Origin: an uncultured virus (IMG/VR IMGVR_UViG_3300047352_000567)
Taxonomy: Duplodnaviria > Heunggongvirae > Uroviricota > Caudoviricetes
IMG/VR virus record: IMGVR_UViG_3300047352_000567
Length of the DNA: 64,000 nt
Reading direction: 5' to 3' (one strand)
Shown: piece after piece, positions 41,992 through 49,996 of the stretch
Position numbering within the stretch: the first letter of the stretch is position 1
Layout of the letters: each line of letters begins with the position of its first letter
The notes under the pieces: generated by a model
The model's input: the letters and a program-made list of their open reading frames with translations, nothing else
Database searches by the model: none
Told to the model about the DNA's origin: nothing
Position numbers and translations under genes: made by a program

Positions 41992-42451
41992 TCTGGACGG
42001 AACGGTTGTTGATTCGTCCCACCGACAAGGGGATGGCTCCCTTAACGATTGGCGGCGGCTTAACACCGTCGGCAACATCATGCGCGACGGATTGCTTCCG
42101 TTAGCTGGCAAGATGCAGACCGCCATCCAAGATGGCTTGGATATTTGGGTTTGTACTTCTCGCGTCATGGGTAAGGCAGATTTTGCGTTTCTCCGGCTGC
42201 AAAATCTCCTGCCCAATGGCGGGCCGGTTATTCATCGCATCGGTGAGAATGACCAGCGGCCATGCGGTGAACTCAAACTCGCCAAACTACGCGGCTATGC
42301 TGCGGGCATGGGAATCACTTGGGCGCAATTTGCTCACGATTCAATCATGTTTGACGATTCGCTGGACGTTCAAAAAACTTTGCGAGGCGCTGGCATTCGC
42401 GTTATTGATCCGGTACAATTCAACTCATACATTCAAAACAAGGTAGCCTAA
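41975..42451 (+). CDS. HAD-superfamily phosphatase (T5 Dmp-like role plausible)
   Basis: FIFDLDGT, VCTSR, K and MFDD motifs; GGAGG RBS before ATG 41975. Confidence 0.8.
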   Translation: MRFIFDLDGTVVDSSHRQGDGSLNDWRRLNTVGNIMRDGLLPLAGKMQTAIQDGLDIWVCTSRVMGKADFAFLRLQNLLPNGGPVIHRIGENDQRPCGELKLAKLRGYAAGMGITWAQFAHDSIMFDDSLDVQKTLRGAGIRVIDPVQFNSYIQNKVA

Positions 42452-42454
42452 ATT

Positions 42455-43120
42455 ATGAGAATCACACTAAAGCACTATTATCTCATCGTTGACGTTGAAA
42501 CAACGTCGGATGATCGGGTAGCAGATTTCGGCGCGGTTGTTATCGACCGCAAGGGCAACGTAGCGGCATCGTTAGGCGTTCTGATCGAGGGCATTTTTGG
42601 CTCGGCTGATTTTCATTGGGCGCTTGGCAACCCCAAGCATACCCTGCGAAAATATCAGGGCATGGTTGCGAATGGCGACCGCGCTATCGCGACTCCGGCT
42701 TATGTCAATCGTTGGCTGGCTGAGATGGCGGCAACTTTTTCGCCAATCCTGACCGCCTATAATGTCGGTTTCGATTGGGGCAAATGTCGCAACACCGGCA
42801 TTGATCTGGGAATTTTTCCTCAGCGTTTCGATTTGTTGCAAGCGGCAAAGGCCGTGATCGTATCAACCGACGAATATGCTCAGGCGTGCTATGAAAACGA
42901 TTGGTTCACCAAGGGCGGCAAGCTATCTAGCAAGGCCGATCATGTTGCGCGATTCGTTGACCCGACTCTGCCGGTTGAACCGCACACGGCTCTCGAAGAT
43001 GCTCGCGATTATGAGGGCGCGATTCTGGCGGCTATCATCGCCAACCCTACCAGCAGAGAAAAACTGTTGGCGGCTGGCATGGCTAAGAACCCATCAGCAA
43101 AATGGATGCTCGGACTATGA
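42455..43120 (+). CDS. DEDDh (DnaQ-like) 3'-5' exonuclease
   Basis: IVDVETT, AYNVGFD and HTALEDA motifs. Confidence 0.85.
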   Translation: MRITLKHYYLIVDVETTSDDRVADFGAVVIDRKGNVAASLGVLIEGIFGSADFHWALGNPKHTLRKYQGMVANGDRAIATPAYVNRWLAEMAATFSPILTAYNVGFDWGKCRNTGIDLGIFPQRFDLLQAAKAVIVSTDEYAQACYENDWFTKGGKLSSKADHVARFVDPTLPVEPHTALEDARDYEGAILAAIIANPTSREKLLAAGMAKNPSAKWMLGL

Positions 43121-43236
43121 GGAAAAAACTGCAGAAAAAGGCCGCAAGATTTTTTGTGGCCGCCTACCTGATTTATTCAGTGGCGACCGACACGCTAATC
43201 TGGGGCGGCGCGATTTACTACCTAATTTTTCTTTGA
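43117..43236 (+). CDS. 39-aa membrane micro-protein (MRKKLQKRAARFFVAAYLIYSVATDTLIWGGAIYYLIFL)
   Basis: ATGA overlap with the exonuclease stop; translated by hand. Confidence 0.6.
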   Translation: MRKKLQKKAARFFVAAYLIYSVATDTLIWGGAIYYLIFL

Positions 43237-43252
43237 TGTTCCACGTGGAACA
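43237..43252. promoter_or_regulatory. parS: parS-type centromere site
   Basis: Perfect palindrome TGTTCCACGTGGAACA, matching the bacterial parS consensus. Confidence 0.75.
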
Positions 43253-43254
43253 CT

Positions 43255-43720
43255 CCCCGCCCAGACCGCAGCCAGATCGCTTGACAACGCGATTTTGGCG
43301 CGGGGGCGCCAGTGCGAAACCGATGTGCGAAACCGAAGGTGTTCCTTGCGCCAAAATACGTGCAAAAGCGACCAATGTCAAGTCTTTTTTACGGGTGTGG
43401 ACAAAATTTTTTTTAGATTGGACAGGTCTTTCTGCGCCAGTGCAAAGTCGATTTTCGACCTTAAAATGGGCCAGGCGCCGATTATACGCGCAGTGCTACG
43501 ATTTGTCAAGTCTTTTTGCGGGGTTGCGTGCAATTTATTTTGATTGGGCAGGTCTTGCAACGGGGAGGATAATCTGGTATAATTTGCGCAAACCCCGGCG
43601 CGGGGCTGTAAATTTACGAAAATTTTGGAAGATTTGGGCAAAATAATTCTTGACAGAAAAACCCCGCGCGCGGCCCCCGGGAATAACTTTGCGATGTTTT
43701 ATGAGCAATCCCGCAAAATA
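43255..43720. repeat. ORF-free tract dense in repeats and promoters (candidate injection-stop-signal region)
   Basis: Degenerate direct repeats about 128 bp apart containing TGTCAAGTCTTTTT and GATTGG(A/G)CAGGTCTT; recurring GCGCC; GTGCGAAACCGA twice; leftward promoter 43481-43509 and rightward promoter 43555-43583. Confidence 0.6.
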
Positions 43721-43723
43721 CAT

Positions 43724-43752
43724 TTGACAGTAGAGCGCCAGGCTTGTATAAT
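43724..43752 (+). promoter_or_regulatory. Early promoter TTGACA-17-TATAAT (GCTTGTATAAT class)
   Basis: Same class at 43986-44014, 44670-44698 and 45566-45594. Confidence 0.85.
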
Positions 43753-43779
43753 AGTTGCATAGTTTAAGGAAACACATAA

Positions 43780-43980
43780 ATGGAATACAGGTACGTTAGC
43801 TTCGACATCGCAGACCAATCATTTAAGTTCTACACGAGCTTAGACTGGCACAACCTTATTGCAAATGCAAGAGAAGAGCTGTGCAAGAGCTTTGGTGAGG
43901 AGTACTGGGCCGGTGCTACACTGGAAGAGCTGCTAGACGGCATGTATGGCGATGAATTTTTTTGGCAGGAAATAACGTAA
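43780..43980 (+). CDS. Hypothetical protein
   Basis: Promoter plus AAGGA RBS. Confidence 0.65.
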   Translation: MEYRYVSFDIADQSFKFYTSLDWHNLIANAREELCKSFGEEYWAGATLEELLDGMYGDEFFWQEIT

Positions 43981-44037
43981 AATTCTTGACAAACAATGCT
44001 TAGGCTTGTATAATATACGCATACTTTAGGAGAATGG

Positions 44038-44673
44038 ATGAATAAATTACAGACTCAGCAGGCTCGGCTCAATCAAATCGTAATGCAAGAGGACTTTGGT
44101 CCAGTTGCGGTTGTGCTTGAAGGGCGTGATACTGCGGGTAAATCATCTACGATCCGAGAAGTGACCCACTACTTGCCTGTAAGCAAGTTTAGTGTCCAGC
44201 TATCGGCCAAGCCTAGTAAAGAAACTATGGACAATTGGTTAGGATACTGGAGAACTAAAATGCCATCGGGCAATCAAGTGGTGTTCTACGATCGCTCTTG
44301 GTACTCGAGAGCAATGGTACAAAAGATTAATGGCTGGTGTACGGACGAGCAGTATAAAATCTTCATGGAAACTGTGGAAGCATGGGAAATATGTCAACCT
44401 GTTCACATGATTAAGTTCTGGCTGTCCATCAGCGAAGAAGAGCAACATAACAGAATCAGTGAGAGAAAGCATTCTCCACTAAAATTCTGGAAGCTCTCAC
44501 CAAATGACGAACGTGCCCTTTCTTATTATGACGAAATGACTTTGCTTAAAGAGCGAGTTATCACGAGAGGAGACTGGCACACTATTGACTACAACAACAA
44601 AGCAGAAGGACGGCTCGCTCTTATCACAAAACTCTGCGATATTCTGGAGACCAAAAGTGAAAAAAGTTCTTGA
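44038..44673 (+). CDS. ppk2: Polyphosphate kinase 2 (compact)
   Basis: EGRDTAGKSS Walker A, DRSWY, KFWLSISEEEQ and WKLSPND motifs; own promoter. Confidence 0.92.
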   Translation: MNKLQTQQARLNQIVMQEDFGPVAVVLEGRDTAGKSSTIREVTHYLPVSKFSVQLSAKPSKETMDNWLGYWRTKMPSGNQVVFYDRSWYSRAMVQKINGWCTDEQYKIFMETVEAWEICQPVHMIKFWLSISEEEQHNRISERKHSPLKFWKLSPNDERALSYYDEMTLLKERVITRGDWHTIDYNNKAEGRLALITKLCDILETKSEKSS

Positions 44674-44734
44674 CATTCTAACCTTCGGCTTGTATAATAG
44701 ACGCATAAACAAACAAACACTCGGGAGAAAAAAT

Positions 44735-45070
44735 ATGGCAGATTCAGTTAACTACACCGCGGACATGGTTGCAAGCATGACCGAGCAGTACGAAGCTGAG
44801 CCTACAATGGCAACAGTAGAAGCACTTGCTTCTCAATTCAGCAAGCCAAAGCGCAGCATCATCTCTAAGCTGTCTAACATTGGCATCTACGTTCCTGCAA
44901 GCAAGGGCAAAACCAAAGCCGGTGCTCCTGTAGTTCGCAAAGACGAGCTGGTAGAGCAGATTCAAGATGCTCTTGGTACTGATCTCAGCCTGCCTTCTTT
45001 GGGCAAAGCTACCAAGTCGGACCTACTGACTTTGTTGGCTATCGTTGAGACCAATGCCGAGGCTAACTAA
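44735..45070 (+). CDS. A2-like DNA-binding protein paralogue
   Basis: NYT...RSIISKL...GIY...RKDELV...SLGKATK; start at ATG 44735 after promoter and GGGAG. Confidence 0.7.
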   Translation: MADSVNYTADMVASMTEQYEAEPTMATVEALASQFSKPKRSIISKLSNIGIYVPASKGKTKAGAPVVRKDELVEQIQDALGTDLSLPSLGKATKSDLLTLLAIVETNAEAN

Positions 45071-45363
45071 TTCGGTGAAGCTAAAGTAGGATTGAGTGGA
45101 CGGGGGTTCGATTCCCCCCTCCTCCACCAAGAGTACTCTGATACGTTTCGGCGTCAGTAAGTCGGGTAGATTCGCAATCTTCCGCTACAGAGTGCTCTTA
45201 ATGGGGGAGCACGGTTTCGACAAGCAATCTCAGGTTAGTGGAGAATCGGTGTGCAAGCTACCGTAAACGTAAGAACCTAAACTAAACGCAAACGATGACG
45301 TTTATTCTCTAGCTGCATAAGCTAGCGGGGAGAGCCTTTCGCCTTGTTACCCAAAGGAGAGGC
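45071..45363 (+). ncRNA. ssrA: Circularly permuted (two-piece) tmRNA
   Basis: The 3' acceptor half GGGGGTTCGATTCCCCC-CTCCTCC-ACCA (ends 45129) precedes the 5' half GGGGGAG...TTCGAC (starts 45203). G3.U Ala determinant present. Tag ANDDVYSLAA* at 45288-45320. Confidence 0.9.
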
Positions 45364-45474
45364 ACTTAGTAAGCATACTGGGAAGACCGCGACCGTCCCC
45401 TGCGTAGGGATGGATATGTCAGAAAAGATCGGGGAGAAGCAAATCGTGACCCCAGCCCAGTATGTTTTCTAAGT
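45364..45474 (+). ncRNA. Unassigned structured RNA, about 110 nt
   Basis: Long closing stem ACTTAG-TAAGCATACTGGG / CCCAGTATGTTTT-CTAAGT with internal hairpins; lies between tmRNA and tRNA. Confidence 0.55.
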
Positions 45475-45481
45475 TAATTTT

Positions 45482-45555
45482 CTAGGGGTGGCGGAGAGGC
45501 TACGCAACGGACTGCAACTCCGTGTACGTCGGTTCGATTCCGACCTCCTAGTCCA
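45482..45555 (+). tRNA. tRNA-Cys (GCA)
   Basis: Acceptor CTAGGGG/CTCCTAG, U discriminator, encoded CCA, anticodon arm ACGGA-CTGCAAC-TCCGT, T-loop TTCGATT. Confidence 0.92.
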
Positions 45556-45617
45556 CAAAAAACATTTGACATGAAATGCGTAAGCTTGTATAATATACGC
45601 ATATTCAGGGAGAAACG

Positions 45618-45812
45618 ATGACAGATTCACAATTTGAACTATTCATGATGCATAGTGGCATGATGAGCGAAGGTCTCAAGTCAGAAGAAGCACTTGCTTT
45701 TATCTTGAGAGCACGATTAGCAACACCTGCAGATATCGCTTGGTTGGTCGAGCATCGAGCGATGAGCGCATCCGCAGCAGCAGTAGCAAAGAAGGAGGCA
45801 GTAAATGGCTAG
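45618..45812 (+). CDS. Hypothetical protein
   Basis: Promoter plus GGGAG RBS. Confidence 0.65.
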   Translation: MTDSQFELFMMHSGMMSEGLKSEEALAFILRARLATPADIAWLVEHRAMSASAAAVAKKEAVNG

Positions 45813-46032
45813 AGGAAAGAAACCCGCAAAGATTGCATCTACAAAGCGAGTAAGTCGCAAGCGTATGCTCGGAGAGCAAGAAGTATTTCCTGTTCGCTGC
45901 GTAAGCCGACGAGAGGGTATGAACTATGATATCCTAGGAGGCTTTGTGCGAGAGGGTCGTGATAGTGTAAAAACGATCTATGGCAGTGATGGTAAACCAG
46001 TACCATTCGGAAAGATTGGAAAATTAGTATAA
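45805..46032 (+). CDS. Hypothetical basic protein
   Basis: AGGAGG RBS. Confidence 0.65.
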   Translation: MARGKKPAKIASTKRVSRKRMLGEQEVFPVRCVSRREGMNYDILGGFVREGRDSVKTIYGSDGKPVPFGKIGKLV

Positions 46033-46084
46033 CCTTTGCAAAAATAATTGTTGACAGAAAGGTTATTTTTTGAGATAATATTTC

Positions 46085-46540
46085 TTCAAATTTAAGGAGC
46101 AGTGTCGACCATGGGCGAACTGCAGGGTGTTTGTACGACCCCATTGTTGCTGGGCAATGCCTAAAATCCAGCCGTATGACTCCCTGGGATGAGAGAATCG
46201 TTAAAGTGTCATCCCCGTTTGGCCCATTCGATAAGTGGCTCACACATAATTGGTATTAATTCCTATGTTTGTGTGTAAATTACGCTCTGGGCATATCCCC
46301 ACAATCCAGAGTAGGGAAGCGATATGTACTGTCTGTGATTCGCTTGCGAGTGGAGGAAGTAGGAGGGGCCCCACTCATCTATTTAACTACGGAGGTCAGT
46401 AGCTAGGCCGGACATCGCGAAAGCATGAGAGCCGGATAGTCAACGGAGTCGTTGGAGAGCACTTGTAATTTGGATGCATCGCAAGCAAGCCCGCTTCGCT
46501 CATCGTGAGGTGAGATAAACGAAGAGTACTCAACTGGAGA
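46085..46540 (+). ncRNA. Large unassigned structured RNA (about 450 nt)
   Basis: Own promoter TTGACA-17-GATAAT (46051-46079) and own terminator; no + strand ORF in the track; many nested stems. Confidence 0.7.
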
Positions 46541-46578
46541 AATGCCCTAAGGTGTCCAAGCCTTGGGGCATTTTTTTA
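46540..46578 (+). terminator. Intrinsic terminator
   Basis: AAATGCCCTAAGG...CCTTGGGGCATTTTTTTT. Confidence 0.85.
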
Positions 46579-46649
46579 TACCTATTCAAAAAAATTTCTT
46601 GACTTTTTTCTTCATGTCCCTTATAATATAATAAATGAGGAGAAAGTAC

Positions 46650-46847
46650 ATGGCAGATATGATCCCCGCAGTAGGTGCTATTATACCGAGCACCACCTCT
46701 CGACAAGAAGTAGTAACCAAAGTGTATGAAGGCGACCGGCCTGGCACTACACAGGTTCACTCAACAGTCTACAATATAACTATTTACGACGTAAATGGTA
46801 AGCTGCAAACAGTTACAAACTCGCATGTAATTAACTACACAGTGTAG
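46650..46847 (+). CDS. Hypothetical protein
   Basis: Promoter 46599-46627; AGGAG RBS before ATG 46650. Confidence 0.6.
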   Translation: MADMIPAVGAIIPSTTSRQEVVTKVYEGDRPGTTQVHSTVYNITIYDVNGKLQTVTNSHVINYTV

Positions 46848-46856
46848 GAGACACAA

Positions 46857-47174
46857 ATGAGTAATGTTATTCCCTTTCCCGAACGTCCCTTAAAAGTAAA
46901 GCTCGAAGAAAGCATGGAAGAAATCCGTGAATCTCTTGGAGATATGTACGATGCTTTAGAAAAAGTTCGTAAAGGAATGGATAGTATACAAGGTCAGACA
47001 CATGAGATGGAAGACTCTTACCAAAAGCTAATGATAATGTATATCAAAGAAGTTGGTGAAGATAATGTTCCGCTTGAGTGGTTAGACTATTGCCCGTATG
47101 TTGGAATGGTTCGAGATAAAGTAACAGGAAAGATTAGTATACATCTAATTGATCCAGAAGAATTGGAGAAGTAA
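46857..47174 (+). CDS. Hypothetical protein
   Basis: AGGAG RBS; SNVIPFP motif. Confidence 0.7.
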   Translation: MSNVIPFPERPLKVKLEESMEEIRESLGDMYDALEKVRKGMDSIQGQTHEMEDSYQKLMIMYIKEVGEDNVPLEWLDYCPYVGMVRDKVTGKISIHLIDPEELEK

Positions 47175-47383
47175 TGAAAGACCAAATACTAGATGCCCTA
47201 AAAGCGAAGTACATGGGCGAAATGCAATTTCATAGGATGAATATCGACATCTATTTAGCTAACCCCGTTGGGATTGGTGAACACCCAGATATATTGGGAG
47301 CAATTGATACAGAAATCGAAAAGCTCGCAGGAGTTACAGAAAAGTTACAAACCTTAATGGCGGAGTATCCGCAGGAGGACTAG
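47174..47383 (+). CDS. Hypothetical phage protein (NPVGIGEHPDI motif)
   Basis: Coupled ORF. Confidence 0.7.
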   Translation: MKDQILDALKAKYMGEMQFHRMNIDIYLANPVGIGEHPDILGAIDTEIEKLAGVTEKLQTLMAEYPQED

Positions 47384-47694
47384 TGAATTATACTGATGAA
47401 CAGACCAAGTATATGGTCGAAGAATATACGAATAAGCCAACTCGTATCACAGTAGAAAGATTGGCAAAAGAATTGGACAAAACTCCTAAGTCCATAATCG
47501 GCAAGTTGAGTCGAGAAGGAGTGTATCGCCGTTCCGTCTACAAGACGAAGACAGGCGAAACCCCAGTAACCAAAGTTGAGCTAGTAGCAGAATTAGCAGA
47601 AGTTTTGGGTATCTCGCCCGGGGTCTTAGCGGGGTTGGAGAAAGCCCCAAAGAATGTATTAAAAGTTTTGAAAGGGGCCTCTACGGGTGAATAA
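47383..47694 (+). CDS. A2-like DNA-binding protein paralogue
   Basis: NYT...KSIIGKLSREGVY...TKVELV...GLEKAPK. Confidence 0.7.
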   Translation: MNYTDEQTKYMVEEYTNKPTRITVERLAKELDKTPKSIIGKLSREGVYRRSVYKTKTGETPVTKVELVAELAEVLGISPGVLAGLEKAPKNVLKVLKGASTGE

Positions 47695-47947
47695 ATTACC
47701 AAAGCTAGTTGAAAGCTGGGAAGACGGCAATACTCTTGTTGAAATCTACGAAGAAGTTGGTGCCCTACCACATAACTCAGCCCATGATACAGTATTCTAT
47801 AGTCTACGAATAATTTCAAAAGATTCTAGAAAATTTCCTGTAGTTACTGGCGCTATAAACGAAGCAAAGGCGATTTTACGTAGAAAAAATCATCGCAAAT
47901 TGCACAAAATTAGGACGGATTTTGACGAAAGTGGAAAAGAAGAATGA
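47687..47947 (+). CDS. Hypothetical protein
   Basis: Coupled ORF. Confidence 0.55.
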   Translation: MNKLPKLVESWEDGNTLVEIYEEVGALPHNSAHDTVFYSLRIISKDSRKFPVVTGAINEAKAILRRKNHRKLHKIRTDFDESGKEE

Positions 47948-48631
47948 GACCCGTAACAAGATATTTAATTATCACGGTCATATTGATTGTCGTAATTCTT
48001 ACTTCGGTTGAAGCGAATTAGAGTTGGTATGAAGATTGTCGGTTTAATTAAGAGCTATACTGAGAGGCACTCGCCTGGCGGCTCGCTCCTCAGTATTAAC
48101 GCTCTAATTAAAACTCCAATCTGCTGGATGAGTAAGTTAACGATTGACTTGATTGTATATCAAATAATGTATATATTTTACCACACTTTTTGGCATAAGA
48201 AAAGTATTATTTTTAAGTAGGTAAATGGTTGATAGGACTGGCCGGCAATCACATAATGTATAAAAGTTTTGTTTTTGAATAGGAGATACGTCTTGGAAGG
48301 CGAAAATACACTGCCAACTATAACTGTTGGCGATATCACAGAGAACGAGGACGGCAGTGCAAATGTAGTGCTAGACTTAGACCCAGAATCAGTAACACTG
48401 CTGATAAATGTAGGATTTAATCAATTATTAAGAGAACACTTGGAGAAAGAGACAAATGATAACAATTAGTTATACGCCTATAAAAAATGCAGAGTACACT
48501 GCAGTAGAAAAACTCACAATGAAAATAGAATCAGAGGATGCTACTAAAGACCAAGTAATGCAAGCCTTTCAGCAGTTTCTTTGTGGTGTAGGTTATGTGT
48601 TTACAGTTGAAGAATTAGCGGAGTATGAGTA

Positions 48632-48922
48632 ATGTGGAACTACCGTGTAGTGCGAACAGAAGAAGAACAGTATGATAGCTACCAGCTCTACGAAGTATAC
48701 TACGACGATGATGGAAAGATCGAAGGCATGACAGAAAATGCCATGCAGCCCTATGGAGAAAGTGTAGAAGAGTTGCAAAACGATCTCGAGTACATGATGG
48801 AAGCGCTCAAGCAACCAGTACTCGATATGAAAGAACTCGAGAAACAGTTCAAAGAAAACCCGCCCTGGGCAGAGCTTGTCGCGGGAATAGAAGCAATTCA
48901 AAACCAGAAAAGAGATTCGTAA
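48632..48922 (+). CDS. Hypothetical phage protein (WNYRVV...EVYYDDDG)
   Basis: ORF track; coupled start. Confidence 0.7.
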   Translation: MWNYRVVRTEEEQYDSYQLYEVYYDDDGKIEGMTENAMQPYGESVEELQNDLEYMMEALKQPVLDMKELEKQFKENPPWAELVAGIEAIQNQKRDS

Positions 48923-48923
48923 G

Positions 48924-49301
48924 ATGAGAAGCGAAAGCACGACATGGTGGGATAGTCTTACAGAGGAAGAAAGAGAGAAAGCATTCTATGCAGTTATTTC
49001 TCGAATGTATCAAGCAGAAGTTAAAGAGCGAGGAAGCTACCGATACGCACTGTACGATGTTTTTAGATTTGATATGTCAATGTATGCTGCTGGTATGGAC
49101 TGCGGATACATGGAACTACACAATGCTCTTTTTGACGCTGAAGAATATCGAAAGATGCGAGATATAAATCGTTTTGAAGTCGTAGATGATATGGGGAGAG
49201 CATACGTTAAGTATCTTGGCGAAGGTCAGAAAATTACATATAGCTTACAAGACTGCGATAGTACACTAAAAGTATTTATTGAGAAAGAAAAAGGGGCATA
49301 A
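48924..49301 (+). CDS. Hypothetical protein
   Basis: ORF track. Confidence 0.65.
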   Translation: MRSESTTWWDSLTEEEREKAFYAVISRMYQAEVKERGSYRYALYDVFRFDMSMYAAGMDCGYMELHNALFDAEEYRKMRDINRFEVVDDMGRAYVKYLGEGQKITYSLQDCDSTLKVFIEKEKGA

Positions 49302-49312
49302 AGCCCCTTTTT
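49288..49312. terminator. Bidirectional intrinsic terminator between convergent genes
   Basis: AAAAAGGGGC-ATAAA-GCCCCTTTTTT. Confidence 0.8.
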
Positions 49313-49335
49313 TATTTACTCTTCAAAAACCCTGT

Positions 49336-49758
49336 TTATGCTTCAATTTCTAGATCCCACTTGCAAGCATTCTTGCTGCGGTCTTTGCTCTTGTAAGACT
49401 TTGACATCTTGTAAGAATGATCCCAGTTAAGAAACCAACCTTGCCCGTTCTTTCTTGCATCATAAAAGATAGCATATGTAAAGAAGGTTGCAAATACTGC
49501 ACCTACGTGTCCAAAGATAAGAGGCATGAGCCCTGACCAGCCTGCTATCAAAGAACAAAATACTACAGTCCAAATAAGTGAAAGTACTATCATATAATAG
49601 CATTGAAGGCTTACGTCTCCAATAAATCTTAGGGGATTATACTTCAAGTTCATTATAGAATCCCAGCTATAAAAGAACCACATTAATTTATTCTTCATTC
49701 TCTTCCTTTTTTTCTTCTTGGCCACACCAGTTACATGGGTAGCCTCTTTCAGTTCCAA
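49336..49758 (-). CDS. Hypothetical membrane protein
   Basis: IMNLKYNPLRFI plus two TM helices; true start probably near 49698. Confidence 0.65.
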   Translation of the reverse strand: MELKEATHVTGVAKKKKRKRMKNKLMWFFYSWDSIMNLKYNPLRFIGDVSLQCYYMIVLSLIWTVVFCSLIAGWSGLMPLIFGHVGAVFATFFTYAIFYDARKNGQGWFLNWDHSYKMSKSYKSKDRSKNACKWDLEIEA

Positions 49759-49996
49759 TTATATCATGCTCTTCTCTACACCAATGTTCCCAGAACTCAA
49801 GTGTAGTAGGAAAGCCGTCTACAAGTCCTAAACCCATTTTAGTTTCCTTAACCAAACTTTGCACCAGAGTTAACTTTATTGTTTTTCTTTACATGAAAAG
49901 GCCACCGCTTTTCCGTAAATGCGGCAGGTAAATATAATGCTGCAACTGCTCCAAACAGAGTTAGTGCTGTAAATAAAAACAGTTCTGGATAGTTAA

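Noticed and set aside
42876..43777. 256-aa and other ORFs across the repeat tract
   Set aside because: They overlap real genes out of frame, lack an RBS and run through promoter and repeat DNA
45098..45129. Apparent truncated tRNA / attP half-site
   Set aside because: Explained as the acceptor piece of the permuted tmRNA; no integrase in the window
45839..46243. 134-aa minus-strand ORF
   Set aside because: Antisense to a + strand gene, its promoter and the structured RNA; no RBS or recognisable motif
46085..46540. RNase P RNA or self-splicing intron identity for the large RNA
   Set aside because: Conserved RNase P signature not found, and the RNA does not interrupt a gene
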